IMG/VR virus record: IMGVR_UViG_3300027759_000045
Location: 124,001 to 188,000 of that record
Strand: one strand, 5' to 3'
DNA length: 64,000 bases
The position numbers were made by a program, and so were the translations under genes. How positions within the stretch are numbered: the first letter of the stretch is position 1; every line of letters starts with the position of its first letter. Below are positions 1 to 7,479 of the stretch, in pieces. The notes under the pieces were generated by a model. The model was not told where the DNA came from and ran no database searches. It saw only the letters and a list, made by a program, of their open reading frames with translations.

Positions 1-2
1 CT

Positions 3-629
3 CCGCTTGCCAATCGTTTCATCCACCAAGAGATGAAAGTGGACTTTGCCAGTTACCAGGCCTGGGCTGTTCAGCACAACATCCACAAAGACGTTGTGGG
101 CTATTTGAGCTTTGCCAAACAGGACCTGTACGACTTTGACGCCAAGAGTGCCAGCCGTGCCTTTGCTACTCCGCGCTCGTGGACTTTTGTGAGCCAGTTG
201 TTGGATGACGAGGACACAGACAACGACACATTGACCAACTTAATTGCCGGTACAATTGGCGAAGGTCTTGCTGTTAAATTTATGGCTCATCGTAAGATCA
301 GTTCTAAACTGCCCAAGCCCGAGGACATTTTGTCAGGCAAGGTAACCGACCTGTCTGTTAAAGAAGTCAGTGCCATGTACAGTTTGGTTATCTCCATGTG
401 CTATGAGCTCAAAGATGCAGTGGCCCGTAAAGTGCCAGACAAAGAGTTTCATAACATGTCCGACAACTTCCTGGGCTACATGATGAAGAACTTTGAGACA
501 GAACTAGTTGTTATGGGTGCTCGTATTGCTCTTACCACGTACGACCTGCCATTCCAGCCTACCAAGCTGAAGAACTTTGACGAGTTCCATCAAAAGTACG
601 GCAAGTACATTTTGCAAGCCAGATCTTAA
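3..629 (+). CDS. MoxR-like AAA+ ATPase, C-terminal part (5' end outside window)
   Basis: Frame is open from base 3 (PLANRFIHQEM...). PLANRF is an arginine-finger-type motif and ATPRSW a sensor-2 motif. It lies directly upstream of a VWA/metallopeptidase gene, the usual pairing. Confidence 0.85.
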   Translation, partial: PLANRFIHQEMKVDFASYQAWAVQHNIHKDVVGYLSFAKQDLYDFDAKSASRAFATPRSWTFVSQLLDDEDTDNDTLTNLIAGTIGEGLAVKFMAHRKISSKLPKPEDILSGKVTDLSVKEVSAMYSLVISMCYELKDAVARKVPDKEFHNMSDNFLGYMMKNFETELVVMGARIALTTYDLPFQPTKLKNFDEFHQKYGKYILQARS

Positions 630-641
630 TTAAGGAATTGT

Positions 642-1949
642 ATGAGCGCCAAAAAAGGTACCACCGCAGATTCTAAAGACAGCGACAAGTTTAAAGATCT
701 CATTGGTAAAATGGATCCCAAACTGGATCGAGAAGTACGAGAAATCTTGACCACTGCTCGTGTGGGCCTGTTGCTAAAGGCCAGTTTCTTTGGTAACTTG
801 GCAACTCGTTTAAAACTGGTCAACGCAGACGAGTGGTGTCCTACTGCCGCAACAGATGGACGTAATTTCTATTATAACTGTAAGTTTATTAAACTGCTCC
901 GTCCCAAAGAAGTAGAATTCCTGTTTGGACACGAAGTGTTGCATTGTGTATATGACCACTTTGGACGTTGCGGAGAACGAGATCCCATGTTGTGGAATAT
1001 TGCAGACGACTATTGTGTAAATGGTGACTTGAAGAAGCACGGTGTCGGCGAGTTTATCACCAGTGTGCCTTGTTTATACGACAAAAAATATGAAGGTCTC
1101 TGCGCCGAGGAAGTGTACGATATCCTGTATGAGAAAGCAGACAAGATCGACATTGGCAAGTTGATGGACCAGATGATTGACGAGCACCTGGATGGCGAAG
1201 GCGATGACGACAGTGGCGGTTCAGGTGAGGAAGGTGAAGACGGAGACAAAAAAGGCAAGGGTCGTCCTAAACTGAGTGCCGAGGATCGTCAACAGATCAA
1301 GGACGAGATTAAAGAAGCTATGTTGTCGGCTGTGGCCGCAGATGCAGATGGCGCAGGCAACTTGCCCGCAGGCGTTCGTCGTATCTTAAAGGACTTGACA
1401 GAGCCCAAGATGAACTGGCGCGAACTGCTCCGCATGCAGTTAGAAAGCACTATTAAGAGTGACTATACCTGGATGAAAACCGGCCGTAAAGGCTGGGACA
1501 TGGATGCCATCATGCCCGGCATGAAGCTGGAGCCCATGATCGATATTGCAGTGGCAATTGACACGTCTGGATCCATTGGTGAAGCCATGTTGAAGGACTT
1601 CTTAAGTGAGATCCAAGGCATTATGGAATCGTTTCCAGCATACAAGATCCATGTTGTTAGCTTTGATACAGAAACTTATAATCCTGTGCAATACGATAGT
1701 GACAACTTGGACACAATCTGTGACTACGAGCCAGCAGGTGGCGGTGGCACAGATTTTGATTGTGTGTACCAGTATTTAAAACACAACGAGATTGAGCCCA
1801 AACGCTTGGTCATGTTCACAGACGGATACCCATATGGTAGCTGGGGCGACGAGAACTATACAGAAACTGTGTTCATCTTGCATGGTACTAGAACTATTGT
1901 TCCTCCATTCGGGCAATATGCCTACTACGGTGAAGAAGAAGAAAATTGA
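642..1949 (+). CDS. Putative metallopeptidase (HExxH) plus VWA-like domain protein (DUF2201-like)
   Basis: TAATDG motif, HEVLH zinc motif, acidic linker, MIDAS-like DTSGS, GGGGTDF and FTDGY. SD AAGGA upstream. Confidence 0.85.
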   Translation: MSAKKGTTADSKDSDKFKDLIGKMDPKLDREVREILTTARVGLLLKASFFGNLATRLKLVNADEWCPTAATDGRNFYYNCKFIKLLRPKEVEFLFGHEVLHCVYDHFGRCGERDPMLWNIADDYCVNGDLKKHGVGEFITSVPCLYDKKYEGLCAEEVYDILYEKADKIDIGKLMDQMIDEHLDGEGDDDSGGSGEEGEDGDKKGKGRPKLSAEDRQQIKDEIKEAMLSAVAADADGAGNLPAGVRRILKDLTEPKMNWRELLRMQLESTIKSDYTWMKTGRKGWDMDAIMPGMKLEPMIDIAVAIDTSGSIGEAMLKDFLSEIQGIMESFPAYKIHVVSFDTETYNPVQYDSDNLDTICDYEPAGGGGTDFDCVYQYLKHNEIEPKRLVMFTDGYPYGSWGDENYTETVFILHGTRTIVPPFGQYAYYGEEEEN

Positions 1950-1961
1950 GGAGTGCCAGAA

Positions 1962-2102
1962 ATGATTGTTGTATTATTAATTACATTAGCAGTAGTGGTG
2001 AGCATCGTAGTGTTGTTTGCCACAATGCCTCCTACAGGATGCACAGGCGACTGTAATCAAGGTCGTAACTGTACTTGTCAAGACACTAAATGGAGTAAAT
2101 GA
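1962..2102 (+). CDS. Small membrane-anchored Cys-rich protein (46 aa, not in ORF track)
   Basis: Hand translation MIVVLLITLAVVVSIVVLFATMPPTGCTGDCNQGRNCTCQDTKWSK*. SD GAGGAG upstream; ATGA overlap with the next gene. Confidence 0.7.
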   Translation: MIVVLLITLAVVVSIVVLFATMPPTGCTGDCNQGRNCTCQDTKWSK

Positions 2103-2446
2103 TGGGATTCTTTAGTTGGCGCTGTGCCAAATCAGACAAGCCTGTAATGGCAGATGTTGCAGTAAGAAACACGCCGTGGGCATTTGCCTCGGATGTTATT
2201 GTGCTGTTTAAGAACGGCAATCGTGTCACGGGCACCTATGACGGCTACGGCCGAGTTGACGAATTTGAACTAATTGATTATCCTGAAGAACGATGGCGTA
2301 TGGTCATTGGGAAATTTTACAACGGAGAAACATTTGAACAACTGGCGCAGAACAAATACGATCAAGGACAAGGTTTCTTCTACAATGATGAAGACCTAGA
2401 AAAAGAATTTGGTGTAACAAATGAACAATCGTATTGCAGAACTTGA
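2099..2446 (+). CDS. Hypothetical phage protein
   Basis: 115-aa ORF coupled to both neighbours, SD GGAG, GxYDGYGR motif. Confidence 0.7.
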   Translation: MMGFFSWRCAKSDKPVMADVAVRNTPWAFASDVIVLFKNGNRVTGTYDGYGRVDEFELIDYPEERWRMVIGKFYNGETFEQLAQNKYDQGQGFFYNDEDLEKEFGVTNEQSYCRT

Positions 2447-2645
2447 AAAACAATGTTGGAGTCATCGTGTAGAAGGCGCACTGGTAGACGGTCAGTTGCA
2501 CTTTGATACAAAAAAGTTTGCCGAGTTGATTGTGCAGGAATGTATTGATATTATTGCTCCATATACTGTTAGAATGAGCAGACCTGGTGAAGAATACTTG
2601 CATCCTATACTAGAGATTAAAGAACATTTCGGAGTTGAAGAATGA
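2421..2645 (+). CDS. Hypothetical protein (MNxRIxxL...FAELIVQEC family)
   Basis: Paralogous to the next ORF at the N-terminus, in the FAELIVQEC core and at the IKxHF end. Confidence 0.75.
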   Translation: MNNRIAELEKQCWSHRVEGALVDGQLHFDTKKFAELIVQECIDIIAPYTVRMSRPGEEYLHPILEIKEHFGVEE

Positions 2646-2758
2646 ACGAACGAATTAAACAACTTTGGGAAGAGGCTGCTAAAACAACTCAAAGTGATTC
2701 TTGGGAAGAGCAGACAAAGTTTATGGAACGGTTCGCCGAGTTGATTGTGCAGGAATGT
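2520..2758 (+). repeat. 24-bp exact direct repeat GCCGAGTTGATTGTGCAGGAATGT (2520-2543 and 2735-2758)
   Basis: Read directly from the sequence; encodes AELIVQEC in both paralogs. Confidence 0.9.
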
Positions 2759-2845
2759 GTTCAGGTTTGTGAACAAGGTACTGCAACTCAGACTACCAGC
2801 AGTGGTGCCGCTTCTATGATTAAACAACACTTTGAGATCAACTAA
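2642..2845 (+). CDS. Hypothetical protein (MNxRIxxL...FAELIVQEC family)
   Basis: ATGA overlap with its paralog and shared motifs. Confidence 0.75.
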   Translation: MNERIKQLWEEAAKTTQSDSWEEQTKFMERFAELIVQECVQVCEQGTATQTTSSGAASMIKQHFEIN

Positions 2846-2846
2846 T

Positions 2847-3080
2847 ATGGGCTACGCTGAATACTTTGCCGACAAAAACAAAGATACTCCACGTCCAAAG
2901 TTTGATCTTGGGGCCAGAGTATTTGGACGTTTTACTGGAGTGCCATTTATCGGTACCGTAGTAAGAGAACAAGATAAACGTGTGTTAGTGCATACCGATC
3001 TTCCAGTCAAAGTTAAAACTGACATCCACCATGTTATATGGGTTCCAGTCAAGGATGTAAAGCAGTTGGTGGAGTTTTAA
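2847..3080 (+). CDS. Hypothetical protein, possibly a small SH3-like beta-barrel
   Basis: ATG 1 nt after the previous stop is preferred over TTG 2832. PKFDLGARVFG...FIGTV pattern. Confidence 0.6.
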   Translation: MGYAEYFADKNKDTPRPKFDLGARVFGRFTGVPFIGTVVREQDKRVLVHTDLPVKVKTDIHHVIWVPVKDVKQLVEF

Positions 3081-3156
3081 GCAATCAATTTGTCCTAAGT
3101 CACCAATTTTGAGTGCAATACTCAGTAAAAAACTTTTGCACTGCTATCTTTTTTAT

Positions 3157-3162
3157 TAAATA
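3157..3162 (+). promoter_or_regulatory. Putative T4-like late promoter core TAAATA
   Basis: TTAAATA lies 5 nt before ATG 3168 with no SD; the same geometry occurs at 36718 and 55165. Confidence 0.5.
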
Positions 3163-3167
3163 TCTAT

Positions 3168-3371
3168 ATGGAAAACAAAGAAATTACTATCTCCGATTTA
3201 AATCTGTTGAAAGATATCGTTGATCTAGCAAGCACTCGCGGTGCGTTTCGGGCCGCAGAAATGAAGGAGATTGGAGAAGTTTACAACAAACTAACCAGTT
3301 TTCTTGACGCAGTAGTAGCACAAGCCAAGGCCCAGGAAGAATCTGCGGCCAGTAACACACAAGGAGAGTAA
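3168..3371 (+). CDS. Hypothetical protein
   Basis: 67-aa helical ORF; its 3' end carries the GGAG SD of the next gene. Confidence 0.75.
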   Translation: MENKEITISDLNLLKDIVDLASTRGAFRAAEMKEIGEVYNKLTSFLDAVVAQAKAQEESAASNTQGE

Positions 3372-3373
3372 CA

Positions 3374-4123
3374 ATGGCATTTATGAAACACGTTGGTAAA
3401 CACGGTGACCGTAAGGTCTGTATCTTGTTCCGTCAGGTACCCGGAGAAGATCACATGAGTCTGGTTGTCTATCCTGAAACGCTACAGGCACACTGGCAAG
3501 ATTCTGTGCAAAAGGTATTGGAAAGCACAATCGGTCAAAGCGCAGAAGAATTTGCTGATGCACTACATCGCAGTTACTTCCCAGATGGTCGCCCTATTTT
3601 AGAAACTCTGCACCAAGAACGCATGATCAAGAAAGTGCGTTCCAGTGACATTATTATTACGCCAACTGGCAGTTCAAAAATCCGATTAGACGAACTGAAC
3701 AAAATGTTGAACGAAATGAAAACTGGCGAGGAAGCAATCAAACGCATGGCACTGAATGATGCCAGTCGCGGAATGGTGGCGCCAGAAGTCAAACGCAAAG
3801 CAGAAGCAGAATACAAAGCCGGACAAGCTGCCAAGGCAGCACCAGGTTATGTTGCTCCCCCAGTGCTTCGAGCTGGTGCTGATGGTGCATTGACCGATCG
3901 CGATATTGCTGCCAACATGTTGTCACAGGCACAGGCAATGGAAGCAAATGCCAAGTCAATGATTGCAGAAGCGGCACGTATGAAGAAAGATGCTGAACGC
4001 ATGGATCCCACAGTTAGTCGCCCCAGCAAAAGCAAATCAGTAGCAATCGAAGCAGTTGTGCCTGCCAAGCGCACACGTGGCCCTAACAAAGTTAAGACTG
4101 CTGTTGCTGATGGAACACAATAA
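3374..4123 (+). CDS. Hypothetical protein with Ala-rich coiled-coil and basic C-terminus
   Basis: 249-aa ORF with good SD (AGGAGAG). Confidence 0.8.
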   Translation: MAFMKHVGKHGDRKVCILFRQVPGEDHMSLVVYPETLQAHWQDSVQKVLESTIGQSAEEFADALHRSYFPDGRPILETLHQERMIKKVRSSDIIITPTGSSKIRLDELNKMLNEMKTGEEAIKRMALNDASRGMVAPEVKRKAEAEYKAGQAAKAAPGYVAPPVLRAGADGALTDRDIAANMLSQAQAMEANAKSMIAEAARMKKDAERMDPTVSRPSKSKSVAIEAVVPAKRTRGPNKVKTAVADGTQ

Positions 4124-4412
4124 AGACTTCCTGACTGCTTGGGAACACATTATTGCCGACGTATCCAAAACTGATGTACCGTTAGAATGTATCAAGAAAG
4201 TAATTCTTAAATTTCACGGTGGTCGTCAAAAGACGTTTAACTTGTCTACACTGCAAAAGCAAGGTATGAGTGTGGATGAAATTGAAGTGATGTTGACTCG
4301 TACCCTTGCAGAACTAGACGACGAAATTCGAGACATAGACTTTGTTGTAGATGTTGGTGCTGTGGCCAGCCTGGTTCAGCCCGAAACTAACAAAATTCTA
4401 AATGGTTTATGA
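4110..4412 (+). CDS. Hypothetical protein
   Basis: In-frame ATG 4110 (MEHNKDF...) is preferred over 4056; ATGA overlap with thyX. Confidence 0.7.
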   Translation: MEHNKDFLTAWEHIIADVSKTDVPLECIKKVILKFHGGRQKTFNLSTLQKQGMSVDEIEVMLTRTLAELDDEIRDIDFVVDVGAVASLVQPETNKILNGL

Positions 4413-5101
4413 AAATACAACTTGTATCGTATAGCCAACCAACCCAGGAGTTTGCTGACCAGGGTGTTGCAGATGCGCAAGAACTTATTGCGTATTGTGC
4501 CCGTGTCAGCAATCCTGCTAATCAACTAAACACAGAAACCAGTGAACGACTAATCCGGTATCTGGTTAAACATCAGCACTGGAGTCCGTTAGAAATGGTT
4601 TCGGCCTGTATGGAAATTACAACCACACGTGACATTGCAAGACAAATCTTGCGACATAGAAGTTTTAGTTTCCAAGAGTTCAGCCAACGTTATGCTGACC
4701 CCACACAGGAACTAGACGAAGCATTTACCCTGCGTGAAGCACGATTCCAAGACACAAAGAATCGTCAGAACAGTGTAGAGTTAGATCTGTCAGATGAACA
4801 GCAACGTTTGATTGCATACGAATGGGAACGTGCTCAGAAACGTGTGCTGTTTAGTGTTAAACAAGAATATTCTTGGGCAATTAAAAATGGCATTGCCAAA
4901 GAGCAGGCCCGTGCTGTGCTACCCGAAGGTCTTACTATTAGCCGTATGTACATGAATGGCACACTGCGTAGCTGGATTCACTACATCGAACTACGTGCAG
5001 CCAATGGCACACAAAAAGAACACATGGAAATTGCAAGAGCTTGCGCTCTAGCCATCACTGCAATCTTTCCAATGGCAGCCAACTTGGTTGCTAACAACTG
5101 A
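4409..5101 (+). CDS. thyX: FAD-dependent thymidylate synthase
   Basis: RHRSFSFQEFSQRY (RHRx7S) signature, HWSPLE, EQARAVLP and TQKEH motifs. Confidence 0.95.
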   Translation: MKIQLVSYSQPTQEFADQGVADAQELIAYCARVSNPANQLNTETSERLIRYLVKHQHWSPLEMVSACMEITTTRDIARQILRHRSFSFQEFSQRYADPTQELDEAFTLREARFQDTKNRQNSVELDLSDEQQRLIAYEWERAQKRVLFSVKQEYSWAIKNGIAKEQARAVLPEGLTISRMYMNGTLRSWIHYIELRAANGTQKEHMEIARACALAITAIFPMAANLVANN

Positions 5102-5116
5102 TCCTTGTGCTACACT
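5088..5116 (+). promoter_or_regulatory. Putative sigma70-type promoter TTGCTA-17-TACACT with extended TG
   Basis: Hexamers at 5088-5093 and 5111-5116, 17-nt spacer, ATG 5 nt downstream. Confidence 0.5.
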
Positions 5117-5121
5117 AGTGT

Positions 5122-5457
5122 ATGGCAATAACAAACACTTATCCAGACGAATACAAACAATGGCAACCTGAACAGGTTAAAATCATTGGAGACCGAGCTG
5201 TAAAGTTTAGTGACGTGTGCGTACACCAGATACGCATGGGCGATGTAGAGGATCCTGATTTGTATGTGGCACAACCTATATATGAATGGCAGGAATCAGA
5301 TGCTGGTAAGTTCATCATGGAACATGCGGTAGAAAAACCTTATTGGACTCGTCAAGCAGATATTGCCAGTTACGGGCACTTGTATCGTATAATGGCTAGA
5401 CTCAGCGAGCAAGATCAAACTTTCTGGACTCTTAAATGGGGAGAATTTAAAAAATGA
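5122..5457 (+). CDS. Hypothetical protein
   Basis: 111-aa ORF with GDVEDPDLY motif; ATGA-coupled to the epimerase. Confidence 0.75.
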   Translation: MAITNTYPDEYKQWQPEQVKIIGDRAVKFSDVCVHQIRMGDVEDPDLYVAQPIYEWQESDAGKFIMEHAVEKPYWTRQADIASYGHLYRIMARLSEQDQTFWTLKWGEFKK

Positions 5458-6422
5458 AAATACTAGTAACAGGCGGACTTGGTCTTATTGGACACAATGT
5501 TGTGCAACGATTAGAAGCACAAGGACACGACGTTGTCATTACCGACACTCGTACCAACTACGGTATTATTCCCCAGGCTGAAGTTGACTACTTGATGTCA
5601 GAACGTTTGAAAAAGATATCAGGCAACAACATATATCACATTGACATTACCGATGCTGACAATGTTGATTGGCTAGTAAATAAACACCAGCCTGAAGTGA
5701 TTATTCACATGGCCAGTTTCCCCCGACAGAAAGTTGTCAATGCTAACCCTGCCTGGGGTAGTCGTGTGATGAGCGAAGGTCTTATTAACATCTGTGAGAG
5801 TGCCAAAAAACACCATGTCAGTCGTGTAGTGTACATTAGCAGTAGCATGGTATACGGCGACTTTGATGATCAAGTTGAAGAGGACTACAATTGCCGACCC
5901 ATTGGCCAATATGGCATCTTAAAATTAACAGGAGAAGACATTGTCAAAGACTACCATCGTCGCGGCGCTTTTGATTACGCTATTATTAGGCCTAGTGCTG
6001 TATACGGCCCCTTGGATGTGGAGGACCGAGTTGTTGCAAAATTTATGCTCACAGCAATGCGAGGCGGCGTTCTCCGAGTTAATGGGGCAGGGGAGACGTT
6101 AGATTTTACCTACGTAGATGATGCCGCTGATGGCATTGTGGCTGCCGCAACACTTGAACACGCACGTAATGATACATACAATATTACCAAATCACATTCA
6201 GTGAGTTTGTTACAAGCCGCAGAAATGATTGTGAAGATTGTGGGCCAAGGCACCATTGAATGTCGCGACAAAGATGCAGACTTTCCCAGTCGCGGTGCAT
6301 TAAATATCACCAAGGCCCGGGCTGTACTAGGATATGATCCCCAAGTGGATGTAGAAGAAGGATTCGAAAATTACTTCAACTGGCTTAACAATTCCGTTTA
6401 CTGGTCTCCGAAAACAGTATAA
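5454..6422 (+). CDS. NAD-dependent nucleotide-sugar epimerase/dehydratase (extended SDR)
   Basis: MKILVTGGLGLIG Rossmann motif, SSSMVYG, YGILK (YxxxK), RPSAVYGP and DFTYVDD. Confidence 0.93.
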   Translation: MKILVTGGLGLIGHNVVQRLEAQGHDVVITDTRTNYGIIPQAEVDYLMSERLKKISGNNIYHIDITDADNVDWLVNKHQPEVIIHMASFPRQKVVNANPAWGSRVMSEGLINICESAKKHHVSRVVYISSSMVYGDFDDQVEEDYNCRPIGQYGILKLTGEDIVKDYHRRGAFDYAIIRPSAVYGPLDVEDRVVAKFMLTAMRGGVLRVNGAGETLDFTYVDDAADGIVAAATLEHARNDTYNITKSHSVSLLQAAEMIVKIVGQGTIECRDKDADFPSRGALNITKARAVLGYDPQVDVEEGFENYFNWLNNSVYWSPKTV

Positions 6423-7479
6423 CAATCTCCGTACAGAGATTCTAGACGTCACCGACGAAGTTCTTCGCGGTGGCCAACTCATGAACGGCAACAATACTGC
6501 AGAGTTTGAATCATGGTTGGCTCGAAAGAACCATGTACGCTATGCAGTAACTTGTCATTCTGGCACACACGCACTTGAGATATTGGCCGGATATTGGGCC
6601 ACGGAATCTCCTGTGCCGCATCCTCCTACTGTGTTAATTCCTGCAATGACTTACGTGGCCACTGCCAATGCATTTATACGTGCAGGATGGGATATACACA
6701 TCATTGACACAGATGCACAGGGATTAATCGATCTTACTAAAATTCCCACAGGCATAAGTTACCAAGCAGTGGTGTTGGTCGGTCTATATGGCGCCGCTGT
6801 CACACATCACGGCAGTGTTCGTACCTGGGAACACTGGATACAACATGATACTCTCGTAATTGAAGATGCTGCCCAACATTGGTTAGCTGCCGACTGCACA
6901 AGGATAGGCAAAGGTGGTGCAGCCATCAGTTTTGATCCTATGAAAAATCTTGCTTGTTATGGCAATGGCGGTGCTGTGGTCACAGACAACTTAGATCTAG
7001 CAGAATATGCTAGATCGTGGCGAGACAATGGTAAACCTACACATAAGAACACAGGAACTAACAGTCGCATGAGCGAATTAGACTGTGCGCACATGTTGGT
7101 TAAATCCAAACACATCGATCGTTGGCAAGCACGTAGACAAAAGATCTCAGACCACTGGGCAGATCGGTTTAAAGACACTGGAATACGTTGTTTAATCAAC
7201 GACACCAATGCACACAATCATGCGTTTCATAAGTTTGTTATTGATGTTGACAAACGAGATATATTAAAAGCCAATCTTGCACTGTGCAAAATTGACACGC
7301 GAGTACACTATGCGACTCCATTGCAAGAAATCAGTTTGTATCGTATGTTTCCAGGACCTGACATGTTGGCAGCAAGTTCTAGTCTAGCTCGGCGTGTACT
7401 AAGCCTGCCTATCTACCCCGAACTTACAGACCTAGAAGTCGAATACATCAGCGATCAGGTTGTAAACTGCGTCGCATAA
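6370..7479 (+). CDS. DegT/DnrJ/EryC1/StrS-family PLP-dependent sugar aminotransferase (start uncertain: ATT 6370 or 6391, or ATG 6481)
   Basis: SGTHAL, TYVATANA, IEDAAQ, SFDPMKNL (PLP lysine), GNGGAV and LSLPIYP. Family-like sequence IPFTGLRKQY continues upstream of the first ATG. Confidence 0.92.
   Translation: MTSTGLTIPFTGLRKQYNNLRTEILDVTDEVLRGGQLMNGNNTAEFESWLARKNHVRYAVTCHSGTHALEILAGYWATESPVPHPPTVLIPAMTYVATANAFIRAGWDIHIIDTDAQGLIDLTKIPTGISYQAVVLVGLYGAAVTHHGSVRTWEHWIQHDTLVIEDAAQHWLAADCTRIGKGGAAISFDPMKNLACYGNGGAVVTDNLDLAEYARSWRDNGKPTHKNTGTNSRMSELDCAHMLVKSKHIDRWQARRQKISDHWADRFKDTGIRCLINDTNAHNHAFHKFVIDVDKRDILKANLALCKIDTRVHYATPLQEISLYRMFPGPDMLAASSSLARRVLSLPIYPELTDLEVEYISDQVVNCVA

Noticed and set aside
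6334-6354. TAG recoding that would extend the aminotransferase to ATG 6334 or 6349
   Set aside because: All other genes, including a 14.6 kb ORF, are intact under the standard code, and TAG serves as a plausible stop at 14607 and 15385.
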